Of a DNA stretch of 64,000 nt, positions 50,601 through 63,420 are shown piece after piece. This stretch comes from Octopus vulgaris (Eukaryota). The notes below the pieces were generated by a model, which saw nothing but the letters and a program-made list of their open reading frames with translations, ran no database searches and was not told the DNA's origin. How positions within the stretch are numbered: the first letter of the stretch is position 1; each line of letters starts with the position of its first letter. Made by a program: the position numbers and the translations under genes. Where the stretch lies: positions 200,074,001 to 200,138,000 of the forward strand of contig OX597814.1 in NCBI GenBank assembly GCA_951406725.2. The letters are read 5' to 3'.

Positions 50601-53600
50601 CATGCTCAAATGGTGCTTTTTATGTGCTACTAGCATATGTGCCAGTTAGGCGACACTGGCAATGATCATGCTCAAATGGTGCTTTTTATGTGCTACTAGC
50701 ATATGTGCCAGTTAGGCGACACTGGCAATGATCATGCTCGAATGGTGCTTTTTATGTGCTACTAGCATATGTGCCAGTTAGGCGACACTGGCAATGATCA
50801 TGCTCGAATGGTGCTTTTTATGTGCTACTAGCATATGTGCCAGTTAGGCGACACTGGCAATGATCATGCTCAAATGGTGCTTTTTATGTGCTACTAGCAT
50901 ATGTGCCAGTTAGGCGACACTGGCAATGATCATGCTCAAATGGTGCTTTTTATGTGCTACTAGCATATGTGCCAGTTAGGCGACACTGGCAATGATCATG
51001 CTCAAATGGTGCTTTTTATGTGCTACTAGCATATGTGCCAGTTAGGCGACACTGGCAATGATCATGCTCAAATGGTGCTTTTTATGTGCTACTAGCATAT
51101 GTGCCAGTTAGGCGACACTGGCAATGATCATGCTCAAATGGTGCTTTTTATGTGCTACTAGCATATGTGCCAGTTAGGCGACACTGGCAATGATCATGCT
51201 CAAATGGTGCTTTTTATGTGCTACTAGCATATGTGCCAGTTAGGCGACACTGGCAATGATCATGCTCGAATGGTGCTTTTTATGTGCTACTAGCATATGT
51301 GCCAGTTAGGCGACACTGGCAATGATCATGCTCGAATGGTGCTTTTTATGTGCTACTAGCATATGTGCCAGTTAGGCGACACTGGCAATGATCATGCTCG
51401 AATGGTGCTTTTTATGTGCTACTAGCATATGTGCCAGTTAGGCGACACTGGCAATGATCATGCTCAAATGGTGCTTTTTATGTGCTACTAGCATATGTGC
51501 CAGTTAGGCGACACTGGCAATGATCATGCTCAAATGGTGCTTTTTATGTGCTACTAGCATATGTGCCAGTTAGGCGACACTGGCAATGATCATGCTCGAA
51601 TGGTGCTTTTTATGTGCTACTAGCATATGTGCCAGTTAGGCGACACTGGCAATGATCATGCTCAAATGGTGCTTTTTATGTGCTACTAGCATATGTGCCA
51701 GTTAGGCGACACTGGCAATGATCATGCTCAAATGGTGCTTTTTATGTGCTACTAGCATATGTGCCAGTTAGGCGACACTGGCAATGATCATGCTCGAATG
51801 GAGCTTTTTATGTGCTACTAGCATATGTGCCAGTTAGGCGACACTGGCAATGATCATGCTCAAATGGTGCTTTTTATGTGCTACTAGCATATGTGCCAGT
51901 TAGGCGACACTGGCAATGATCATGCTCAAATGGTGCTTTTTATGTGCTACTAGCATATGTGCCAGTTAGGCGACACTGGCAATGATCATGCTCAAATGGT
52001 GCTTTTTATGTGCTACTAGCATATGTGCCAGTTAGGCGACACTGGCAATGATCATGCTCAAATGGTGCTTTTTATGTGCTACTAGCATATGTGCCAGTTA
52101 GGCGACACTGGCAATGATCATGCTCAAATGGTGCTTTTTATGTGCTACTAGCATATGTGCCAGTTAGGCGACACTGGCAATGATCATGCTCGAATGGTGC
52201 TTTTCATCTGCTACTAGCATATGTGCCAGTTAGGCGACACTGGCAATGATCATGCTCAAATGGTGCTTTTTATGTGCTACTAGCATATGTGCCAGTTAGG
52301 CGACACTGGCAATGATCATGCTCGAATGGTGCTTTTTATGTGCTACTAGCATATGTGCCAGTTAGGCGACACTGGCAATGATCATGCTCGAATGGTGCTT
52401 TTCATCTGCTACTAGCATATGTGCCAGTTAGGCGACACTGGCAATGATCATGCTCGAATGGTGCTTTTTATGTGCTACTAGCATATGTGCCAGTTAGGCG
52501 ACACTGGCAATGATCATGCTCGAATGTTGTTTTTCATGTGCTACTAGCATATGTGCCAGTTAGGCGACACTGGCAATGATCATGCTCGAATGTTGTTTTT
52601 CATGTGCTACTAGCATATGTGCCAGTTAGGCGACACTGGCAATGATCATGCTCGAATGTTGTTTTTCATCTGCTACTAGCATATGTGCCAGTTAGGCAAC
52701 ACTGGCAATGATCATGCTCGAATGGTGCTTTTTATGTGCTACTAGCATATGTGCCAGTTAGGCGACACTGGCAATGATCATGCTCGAATGTTGTTTTTCA
52801 TGTGCTACTAGCATATGTGCCAGTTAGGCGACACTGGCAATGATCATGCTCGAATGTTGTTTTTCATGTGCTACTAGCATATGTGCCAGTTAGGCGACAC
52901 TGGCAATGATCATGCTCGAATGTTGTTTTTCATGTGCTACTAGCATATGTGCCAGTTAGGCGACACTGGCAATGATCATGCTCGAATGTTGTTTTTCATG
53001 TGCTACTAGCATATGTGCCAGTTAGGCGACACTGGCAATGATCATGCTCGAATGTTGTTTTTCATGTGCTACTAGCATATGTGCCAGTTAGGCGACACTG
53101 GCAATGATCATGCTCGAATGTTGTTTTTCATGTGCTACTAGCATATGTGCCAGTTAGGCGACACTGGCAATGATCATGCTCGAATGTTGTTTTTCTTTAT
53201 GTGCTACTAGCATATGTGCCAGTTAGGCGACACTGGCAATGATCATGCTCGAATGGTGCTTTTTATGTGCTACTAGCATATGTGCCAGTTAGGCGACACT
53301 GGCAATGATCATGCTCGAATGGTGCTTTTTATGTGCTACTAGCATATGTGCCAGTTAGGCGACACTGGCAATGATCATGCTCGAATGTTGTTTTTCATGT
53401 GCTACTAGCATATGTGCCAGTTAGGCGACACTGGCAATGATCATGCTCGAATGTTGTTTTTCATCTGCTACTAGCATATGTTCCAGTTAGGCGACACTGG
53501 CAATGATCATGCTCGAATGGTGCTTTTTATGTGCTACTAGCATATGTGCCAGTTAGGCGACACTGGCAATGATCATGCTCGAATGTTGTTTTTCATGTGC

Positions 53601-53765
53601 TACTAGCATATGTGCCAGTTAGGCGACACTGGCAATGATCATGCTCGAATGTTGTTTTTCATCTGCTACTAGCATATGTGCCAGTTAGGCGACACTGGCA
53701 ATGATCATGCTCGAATGGTGCTTTTTATGTGCCACTGGCATGGGGGCCAATCAGTAGCCCTGGCA
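47641..53765 (-). mobile_element. RTE 3' UTR hosting the satellite
   Basis: RTE tail sequence at 47641-47896 and UTR sequence at 53734-53765 bracket the array. Confidence 0.8.
47897..53733. repeat. 66-bp tandem satellite, about 88 copies
   Basis: Unit gtgctactagcatatgtgccagttaggcgacactggcaatgatcatgctc(g/a)aatggtgctttttat with period 66 (48131 to 48197). There are no unique spacers. Confidence 0.97.
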
Positions 53766-54000
53766 CATATATATAGACAGTAACTGTGAGAAAAAAAATG
53801 TTGATATTAAACCATTAATGAGAAGTGATAAAAGCCACCATGGGACAAATAAAATGAAAAGGTGTTTAATCATTATTTCAACTTAAAAATCTAATAGTGA
53901 AACAGAAAATTTAGAAGGATTGTAACTATAAACAGAATCAAAATCGATATGGTGTAGATAGAAATACATGATGTTGGAGGGCTATATTTGAGCAAACCTA

Positions 54001-54231
54001 TTCCTTTACTACCCACAAGGGGCTAAACATAGAAGGAAGAAACAAGGACAGACAAACGGATTAAGTCGATTATACCGACCCCAGTGCGTAACTGGTACTT
54101 AATTTATCGACCCTGAAAGGATGAAAGGCAAAGTCGACCTTGGAAGAATTTGCACTCAGAACGTAACGGCAGACGAAATACCGCTAAGCATGTCGCCCTG
54201 CATGCTAACGATTCTGCCAGCTCGTTGCCTT
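54001..54231 (-). mobile_element. SINE family B, monomer
   Basis: 17-bp TSD atatttgagcaaaccta at 53984-54000 and 54234-54250. Confidence 0.9.
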
Positions 54232-55504
54232 AAATATTTGAGCAAACCTACGATGAAAACATTCCAGCTCTGACCAGCCCGTCATTCCATGATTTGAGGG
54301 AAATTTGGTTGCTATTTCTAGCAGGTGGAGCAAGCATATAGAAGCACCTGCCATGGCTTGTATGATTTGATGTGTATGAGTAATGTGCAGGTAGGCAAAT
54401 AGTGTTGCCTATAGATATTAAACATGCTGTAAAGCATCTGTCAGCATTAATAATCAGGCAGTCGGCATGTGTGCATATTCTGCTGGAATTATGAAGTTTA
54501 TTGTTATTAGTTGTGGAATTCTAAAATAGCCGATAGTTTTTAATGTCTTATTTTTCACATGTAATCATAAATTATATTAAAACTGAAAATTCAGCAAAGG
54601 TATGGAAACTGCTTAAAAGTTTGCATCTCACCTGCCTACATTTACCTTCGATGTGATTGATTGCATGGTAGGAAGTCTTAACAACAGCAATTAAAGCTAA
54701 TATAAAGTGGATAGATAAATCTGTCCAAGCAATCTTAGAGTACCAGTTGCTAAAGATGTTTCCTTTAGCCATTATTTTCAACTGGAAATTGAAGACACAA
54801 AAAAAACAGAATAGCTTGATATAATCTCTTTTAAAAAGTTTTTTTCTTTGGATAATTACAGCATATAGAAACCAGAATGTATTTTTCTGTTCAGCATTGT
54901 GTTGGTAATCTTTGTTATTTAATAGCTTTACTTTCAAAAAAAAAGAAGATAAATGCTTCAAGGAAAGAGTAAAACAGTAAATTTGCAGCTATTGCTGCAA
55001 ACACAGCATCAGTTATAGTATTTAATTAGCCCAGAGTCTCTCTCGTGATATTTTCTTGTAGGACACCGTCTTTTATTTAATTCATCTTTGGGAGGAAGGC
55101 AGTGAATTGGGGGATGCTTTGAATTTATTATAATATTGTATACAAATTATACAATATTATACTAAAATATCAAATGATTCATAGTATATATAAATTAGTA
55201 GAATATATACTGTTTGAGTTGCATAATAGTGGTTTTATCTCTAATTCATAGTTTATATTTTCATACTGTGAAATTTGATTTAATACTAAATTGAATTTTT
55301 CCCTGTAAGTTTAGAGCTATAATCCCTAATATTATTATTATAAATTAGTAAAATATAGAATATTTATGGAGATGTACTAGCATAGCAAGTGATCTGATCT
55401 GAGATCGTGGGCAGGAATGAAAACAATTGCGGCATGGAAGGTGTTTATAAGCCATTTAAGAAACACACAAAAAACATTAGATTCACTTCAACATTTAAAT
55501 TTAA

Positions 55505-55555
55505 TTTGTCAAAATCTTTTCGTCGCTTTGAGACTGCAACCTGTTCACTGACAAA
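55505..55555 (-). ncRNA. Atypical hammerhead-like motif
   Basis: tttgtca-gTGAACAg-gttgc-agtctcaaa-gcgac-GAAA-agattt-tgacaaa. It has a 7-bp stem I and a 5-bp stem II with GAAA, but a non-canonical first box. Confidence 0.45.
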
Positions 55556-56747
55556 ATTCCGTGCTGCTTAAAAATAGGGGTGGGGGCACTGAGGGTATTA
55601 CATGGCAATGAAGTGGGGGCAGTGTCCCAAACAATTTGAGAACCTCTGATTTAGTTGATGCTGATACTACTGGTCTATGGTTCCTACGTGGAGGCACAAT
55701 GGCTCAGTGGTTAGGGTAGCAGACTCACAGTCATAGGATTGCAGTTTCGATTCCTAGACCAGGCTATGTGAGTGTTTATTGAGCAAAAACACTTAAAGCT
55801 CTATGAGGCTCCAGCAGGGGTGGTGGTGAACTCTGCTGTACTCTTTGTCAACAACTTTTACTCACATTTTCTTCCTGTTTCTGTTGTACCTGTATTTCAA
55901 AGGGCCAACTTTGTCACACTCTGTGTCATGCTGAGTCTCCCTGAGAACTACGTTAAGGGTACATGTGTCTGTGGAGTGCTCAGCCACTTGCATGTTAGTT
56001 TCACTAGTAGGCTGTTCCATTGATCGGATCAACTGGAAACCTCGTCATTGTAATGAAAGAGTGCCATAGTATGGTTTCTACTTTTGGGTGGTTGACTGCT
56101 ATTTCTTGAGATCTGTTTACTGGTATTCCTAGTTCATAGATGTGTAGCTTATCTTTTACTCATACTCTGAAACTTCTTAGTAACCAACAGCTATCAATGT
56201 AGATTCTAATATCTTTGCTTCTGCTTTCTTGGTTTTGGGCAATAATTCTGTAAGGCACACACTAATCACTTGCTCAGGGGCTCCACAACTCAAGGAGTCC
56301 AGCACTAATCTGTGTGTTCTGTAGCATTCTGTCAACAAATAAATGATATATTAAGAAGCCTGGATATTCTTTTGTGGTAGACAGCAGGGAGTTATAGTTA
56401 ACTGGCATGGTTGATGCCAGTACCACTGGACTGGCTCCCATGCTAGTGGCATGTAAAAAGCACCATTCAAGTGTGACTAATGCCAGTGTTGCCTGACTGG
56501 CTCTCATACTGGTGACATGTAAAATGCATCATTCGAGCGTGACTGAGGCCAGTCCCACCTGACTGGCCCCTGTGCTGGTGGCATGTAAAAAGCACCCACT
56601 AGTGGTTGGCATTAGGAAGAGCATCCAGCTGTAGAAACTTTGCCAGTGCTCAGTCAAACCATCCAACCCATGCCAGCATGGAAAGCAAGCATTAAACAAC
56701 GACAATGATGATGGTGATGAAATCAACAAACACAAATTAGACGTAAA

Positions 56748-56750
<3 letters not shown>

Positions 56751-56795
<45 letters not shown>

Positions 56796-56817
56796 ATACA
56801 TATACATATATATATAC

Positions 56818-56880
<63 letters not shown>

Positions 56881-57015
56881 CATATATATATATATACATA
56901 TATATATACATACATATATATATATATACATATACATATATATATACATATACATATATATATACATATACATATATATACATATACATATACATATATA
57001 TATATATACATATAC

Positions 57016-57065
<50 letters not shown>

Positions 57066-57113
57066 ACATATACATATATATATATATACATATACATATA
57101 TATATACATATAC

Positions 57114-57145
<32 letters not shown>

Positions 57146-57164
57146 ATATATACATATACATATA

Positions 57165-57217
<53 letters not shown>

Positions 57218-57305
57218 ATATACATATACATATATATATATACATATACATATATATATACATATACATATATATACATATACATATATATATATATACA
57301 TATAC

Positions 57306-57363
<58 letters not shown>

Positions 57364-57408
57364 ACATATATATATACATATACATATACATATATAATAT
57401 ATATATAT

Positions 57409-57439
<31 letters not shown>

Positions 57440-57529
57440 CATATATATACATATACATATACATATACACATATATATATATATATATATACATATACAC
57501 ATATACATATACATATATACATATACATA

Positions 57530-57602
<73 letters not shown>

Positions 57603-57658
57603 ATACATATATATATATATACATATACATATATATATACATATACATATATATATAC

Positions 57659-57741
<83 letters not shown>

Positions 57742-57748
57742 TATATAC

Positions 57749-57779
<31 letters not shown>

Positions 57780-57837
57780 GATATATACATATATATACAT
57801 ATAGATATATATATATATATAGATATATACATATATA

Positions 57838-57936
<99 letters not shown>

Positions 57937-57983
57937 TAGATATATATATATATACATATATAGATATATATATATACATATAT

Positions 57984-58034
<51 letters not shown>

Positions 58035-58061
58035 TATATACATATAGATATATATATATAC

Positions 58062-58094
<33 letters not shown>

Positions 58095-58099
58095 CATAT
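56751..58099. repeat. 1.35-kb (TA)n/(TACA)n microsatellite
   Basis: Directly visible; it is the source of the 406-550 aa pseudo-ORFs. Confidence 0.97.
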
Positions 58100-58300
58100 A
58101 ATAAAAATATGTTACAAAAAGAAAATAGAAACTACACATTGTAATGCAAGGGGAATGTAAGAAAAATAAACGAAAATGCACATTGTAAATAAAAAAAAAG
58201 TAAAGGCTTTTTATGAAAAGTAACGAAAGATATATACAATTAGATGAACTGAGGTTGGAATAAAAGTAAAAAACGTCGTTATTGTGAAATTATTAAACAG

Positions 58301-58345
58301 ATTCAAACATACTGGTTTCGTAAGTTACTCATCATTGCTTTGAAT
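58301..58345 (-). ncRNA. Minimal type I hammerhead ribozyme (C3 substituted)
   Basis: attcaaagca-aTGATGA-gta-act-tac-GAAA-cca-GTA-tgtttgaat. It has a long bulged stem I, a 3-bp stem II, a near-palindromic ACCAGT stem III and a GUA site. Confidence 0.65.
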
Positions 58346-58845
58346 ACAACTATTCATAGTTTTGAATATACATATACATACATATATATATATATATTTA
58401 TTTGTGTGTATGATGGGCTTCTTCACTTTGCATTTACTAAGCCCACTTACAAGGTTTTGATCAGCCCAATAGTATTGTACTGAACTGAAAATTGCATGAA
58501 CTGGAAGCAAACTACACTGTGACACAATTATATCTGTGCCTCTCTATCCAGCCATGCCTGGCAGTATTATTTCTCTTTCATCTTACAGCATTGTTTTCTC
58601 TTCTAATATTATTATTATTATTTTTTTTTTCAATGTAAAACAAAATAATTATGAGTGCTTTTATGAACATAAAAGTTAAACAAAATGATATTAAAATATG
58701 AACAAAATGAATTATAAACAACAACAACAGAAGGTAGAGCTTAAAATTGTTGATTGTGGAAGTTAAAAAAAGAGATAAAAGTGTGTGTGTGCATATATAT
58801 TGTTATTGTTTTGAACTTTAAGCAAATTTAAAACTAGTGACACGT

Positions 58846-58883
<38 letters not shown>

Positions 58884-59510
58884 TTGGTTTTAGATTTTCT
58901 CGAATTAGAGGTGAAAACAAGAAAACTGAGTCAGTTTAGAAATAAATCAATATCAGAGTATTTATGAAAGAAATGTAACCAAAATTCCTTCATAAAAATG
59001 TTAAACAGGGTTTTCCTTAGGTGTTAAAATAACAAGAAAATTGGTTTCGAATTTTGGCACAAGGCCAGCAATTCGGGGTGGGGGGTGGGGGCAAGTGGGT
59101 ACGCGATTACATCTACCTCAGTGCCCAACTGGTGCTTATTTTATCAACCTCAGAAGGATGAAAGGCAAAGTTGATCCCAGCAGAATTTGAACTCAAATCA
59201 TAAAGATGGATGAAATGCCACTAAGAATTTTGCCTAGCATGCTAATGATTCTGTCAGCTACTAATAGTTTCATACATAGGTGAAGTTGTCCAGGCAGGTT
59301 TTAATAATCCCCAAGCCTGATTTCTGGCCTGAAGGTTGCTTGGCAGCGTGCTATTAAAACTTGCCTAGACTACATCTCCAATGCATGACACTATTAGTAA
59401 TTCATAACCGTATACTGAATGGAGTTCTTTTTTGTTGATCTTACCTTCATGAAAACTATATATCGTCATCATCATCGTCATTTAGCGTCCGTTCTCCATG
59501 CTAGCATGGG

Positions 59511-59544
<34 letters not shown>

Positions 59545-59967
59545 TATCCGAGCTTGATTGTTGCCAGAGCAGCTAAGTGGCTTCTGTGTCAGTGGAACGT
59601 AAAAAGCACTATTCGAGCATGATCGTTACCAGTGTCGCCTTACTGGCACTTGTGCTAGAGGCACATGAAAAAACATTCAAGCGAGGTCATTACCAGTGCC
59701 ACTGGACTGGCTCCTGTGCAGGTGGCACATAAAAGACACCATTTGAGCATGGCCATTGCCAGTACCGCCCGACTGGCCCTTGTGCCGGTGGCATGTAAAA
59801 GCACCCACTACACTCTTGGAGTGGTTGGCGTTAGGAAGGGCATCCAGCTGTAGAAACTCAGCCAGATCAAGATAGGAGCTTGGTGCAGCCATCTGGTTTG
59901 CCAGTCCTCAGTCAAATTGTCCAACCCATGCTAGCATGGAAAGTAGTTGTTAAAGAATGATGATGAT
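59545..59967 (+). mobile_element. RTE 3' UTR fragment containing the unamplified satellite monomer
   Basis: 59598-59665 is a diverged reverse complement of the 66-bp unit. Confidence 0.85.
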
Positions 59968-60376
59968 ACACACACACACACATACATACATACGTACGTA
60001 CGTACGTACGTACGTACGTATGTATGTATGTATGTATATAATTATAACTTAGGGTATCTAAGAGATACCACCACGCTAGAAATAGCAGCCAAAACCTGAC
60101 TCTAAAACTACATTAAATGTTCATACAGCTCCTGGTGCTGTATGAACATTTAATGTGGTTTTAACAGGGCTTAGAAAAACTGCAGGATTGCTGCAATACA
60201 AGTGTGAATGTATGTTGAGTAAAATCATAATTAAGTGATCCTTCTGTATTTTCTTTTACCGAAAGCCAGGGACTTCTCAGCATTCTCTTACGTGTGTGTG
60301 TGTATGCATATACACACACAAAGAAATATAATACACATATATACATAAGTGTTCATATGCACATACAGACACACAC

Positions 60377-60421
<45 letters not shown>

Positions 60422-60734
60422 CACATAAACATTCATATGTACACACACGTACACACATCTACAACTACAGATATACACGTATAATAAATATTAGAAATTA
60501 GGAAATAGACTGGAAATTGGGTGACAGACACTATAAAAACATCAATAAAGAAATAAAAATCTTCCATAAAAACCTTGATGCAAAAATAGTAAATAAATAT
60601 ATAAGAGATTTACCTATTATTGATATTCTAAGTTGGTGGTTTTGATATATAATCATTAATATATTCAAAGAAAGATTTAGAAGGTAAATTGAGAATAGCC
60701 AAGTAAAAAAATAAAACACATTTTAATTACTGTA

Positions 60735-60777
<43 letters not shown>

Positions 60778-60929
60778 TAGAGAGAGAGTATATGTGTGTG
60801 TGAAAATAGATAAAAAAAATAAACGCAAATAATAAAACCACAGTATAAAAATGTTGAGGTGAGTTGTGATCAACATTAGTGTTATGGTTCAAAATGACAT
60901 AACCTTATTTGAAATTTAGTTAAGAACAT

Positions 60930-61260
60930 TTCCCACAAGAACTCACATTTATTGGCTACAAACAAGTCTTTACTGATAAATTCACATGGCTATAATGATG
61001 CTCTATCTCCAAGCAGCTATATGGATAAGTTAACAAAGATCAGTACATCAATATGCAACAGACATAGAAATATTAGCTGGTATAACGAACCATGTAATTT
61101 ACCACTTGCAATGCCAGTTATGAGAAGATACTTCACACTTCTTAGAAAGCACTTTCCCCACACAACACAGACACTCTAAACTCTATTAAATTATCTCAAC
61201 TCCTAAATCCTAAATTCTTCACAAAGCATTACAAATTAATGCTAAGGTGAACAAACACCA
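60930..61260 (+). pseudogene. Decayed Penelope-like element coding remnant (RT-to-endonuclease linker)
   Basis: YNDALSPSSYMDKL...NRHRNISWYNEPC...YFTLLRKHFP resembles the PLE pattern YNxALxxSGY...RxRxIxWFNPP...LLxKHFP; frameshifted downstream. Confidence 0.6.
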
Positions 61261-61512
61261 GAAACAAATATAGGGTAGAACTAGCAATTGTGCTAACTCT
61301 AGTTCAGGCTCTGCAAAACTCCTCAATGAAGAACATCATCTAGCAATTCACTGCTCTGATAAATCATATCTCAAAAGCCTATATTTTAATGTTTGAGATG
61401 ACTGGGATATTAAGTTTTGTCTAATTGATTATTCAAGCAAATGGTTTGAATAAGCCTTCAGGGGAAACTTAAAGTCCTAATCAACAGAAATATGTTTATG
61501 TATGTATGTATG

Positions 61513-62245
61513 TTATTATTCAGTTTATATCAAGATTTCTAGCCAATAGAGAAAGAACCGGTTTCTAACCTAGATCCAAAGCTCCTTCATTGGAATTTTA
61601 ACATCAACAGGCTATTTTTGTTTGTAAGTTTGTATGTATGTATGTGCAGATTTGTATGCTTTATGTATGTATTCTCATGTATATAGTTACATATCTAGAC
61701 ATGATCATATATATATTTAAATGATAAACTTCTGGAAAGTTTTACAGATTTTTACAGTTCCAGTGATGTATTGGATTTGTAGTCTTCAAATTAGCTTTCT
61801 CCTTTCTAGTTTTGAGAAGCCTTATTTCTCAAGATTAGTATTTAGGCAGTGTGTTACATATCCAAGGGCCCCAATAATTACAGGTATAAACCTGAACTTG
61901 TAATATGGATAGAGTAACTTCAGATTTCTCAACAGTTCAGCACAGGTGTTCTCTTTTTCACTGATCTTCAGCTTTATGTCAACATCCCCTGGGCAGCTGA
62001 TTTGCCCAACTGTGCACAGTTTCTCTTCTCTATCCCAAATCATTATATCAGGCCTTTTGTGTTTACATTTTATTGAGGTCTTCACTTGTACATTCCACCA
62101 GTATTCCTTTCTGTTATGAGTGGCTATGGCTTCTACCATATTGTGGGTTCTTATTTCTTTGTTCTTGGGATTATCCTTCTGACGGATTTCCTAATAGAGT
62201 GTCCTAGCTAAGTCATGTCTCATTGGCAGAAAATAACTGTGATGG
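61513..62245 (-). mobile_element. 5'-truncated R4/Dong-like non-LTR element, restriction-like endonuclease region plus 3' UTR
   Basis: YFLPMRHDLARTLY*...YWWN...RPDIMIWD...ISCP.D...EK...EL...LYP...IPVIIGALG. In-frame stops and a short AAT tail. Confidence 0.8.
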
Positions 62246-62660
62246 CGTATGTATGCATGCATGTCTGTGTGTCTGTCTGCCTTTACCTTTTACTTGTTTC
62301 AATCATTAGATTGCAGCCATTTAAGATTTTTTTTTTAGTTAAAGGAATTGACACCTGGTACTTATTTTATTGGTCTCCTTTGCCAAACTGCTAAGTTACA
62401 GGGATGTAAATACAAAGAAAGACACGTAGTTATACACTCATATACAACATCTTTTAATTTTTGTCTACCAAGTCAACACACAAGGCTCTGGTCACCCTAG
62501 GTGCCATGCAATGTGAGTGAACCCAGAGCCATGAGGATGGGAAACAAACTTCTTACAACACAGCCACACCTTGTGTGTGTGTGTGTGTGTGTGCATATAC
62601 TTATGTGTTTGCATGTTTGTCTGTAAGTGTATGGGTGTTTATGTATGTATACATCTAATT

Positions 62661-62779
62661 CTAGGTTGAGGAAAAAGTTTGTGCGCCTTGTTAAAATAAT
62701 AAACTCGAACACATATATCACAAAAATATTTAATAAAGCATATTTTATCATGGCGCATGAACTTTTCTCCTCAACCTAA
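62661..62779. mobile_element. mariner-like MITE
   Basis: ctaggttgaggaaaaagtttgtgcgcc...ggcgcatgaacttttctcctcaacctaa|TA. Confidence 0.75.
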
Positions 62780-62789
62780 TAAAACAATA

Positions 62790-63182
62790 TCCAATATATA
62801 TAAAAGAGAAGTTGTGTGTCTGTCTCCTACGATTTAGATTTCTAAGTACTCCCACATTTTGCGGTGCAGTTTAACCAAAAGCGGGTATCGTATAGTCGTG
62901 ATTCATATCTGGGTATTAGCGCACGTCTACGATGAGTCTATGATTTAAAAAAAAATTTACCATAATTTTTTTTCCATTTTAATGCATTTTTTCGCTATTA
63001 TATAAGGGAAGTAATGCTCTAAAAATGTCTACGATGAGTCAACGATTTAAAAAAATATTTACATCATTTTTTTCCCATTTATAATGCATTTTTTTTTTGT
63101 TATTTTTTGGCTATAACTCTCTAAAAATACTTATATAGTTATTCCCCTTACAAACCCGAGCAACGCCGGGCGATACTGCTAG
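62790..63182 (+). mobile_element. Non-autonomous Helitron
   Basis: A|TC start, subterminal hairpin cccgagcaacgccggg and CTAG|T end, with an internal ~100-bp imperfect duplication. Confidence 0.85.
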
Positions 63183-63420
63183 TCCAATATAATTCAAGTG
63201 TTAATCCAATGTAGGGCTCAACGTTAGAGTTCTAGAGTCAAGTATGCAATCAACAACATCCCCTTTGTGGCGACATACATAATGCCTTTTGGTATATATT
63301 GAGTTACAATGGCTTATTCATCTGATACATTCACCACTCAAAATGTGAGACCTCATCCGCAGGACATAGCTTGCCAAACTACATTAATTTTGACAAAATA
63401 CATGAGCTATTCCAACTATT

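Noticed and set aside
47897-53733. CRISPR array
   Set aside because: Units are contiguous and near-identical with no unique spacers, there are no cas genes, and the array derives from an RTE UTR in eukaryotic DNA.
55189-55357. 19-bp direct repeat around ~130 bp
   Set aside because: Probably the TSD of a short truncated retro-insert with an (ATT)n tail; too AT-rich to assign.
56529-58181. 406-550 aa ORFs
   Set aside because: Translations of (TA)n/(TACA)n, which lack stop codons by composition.
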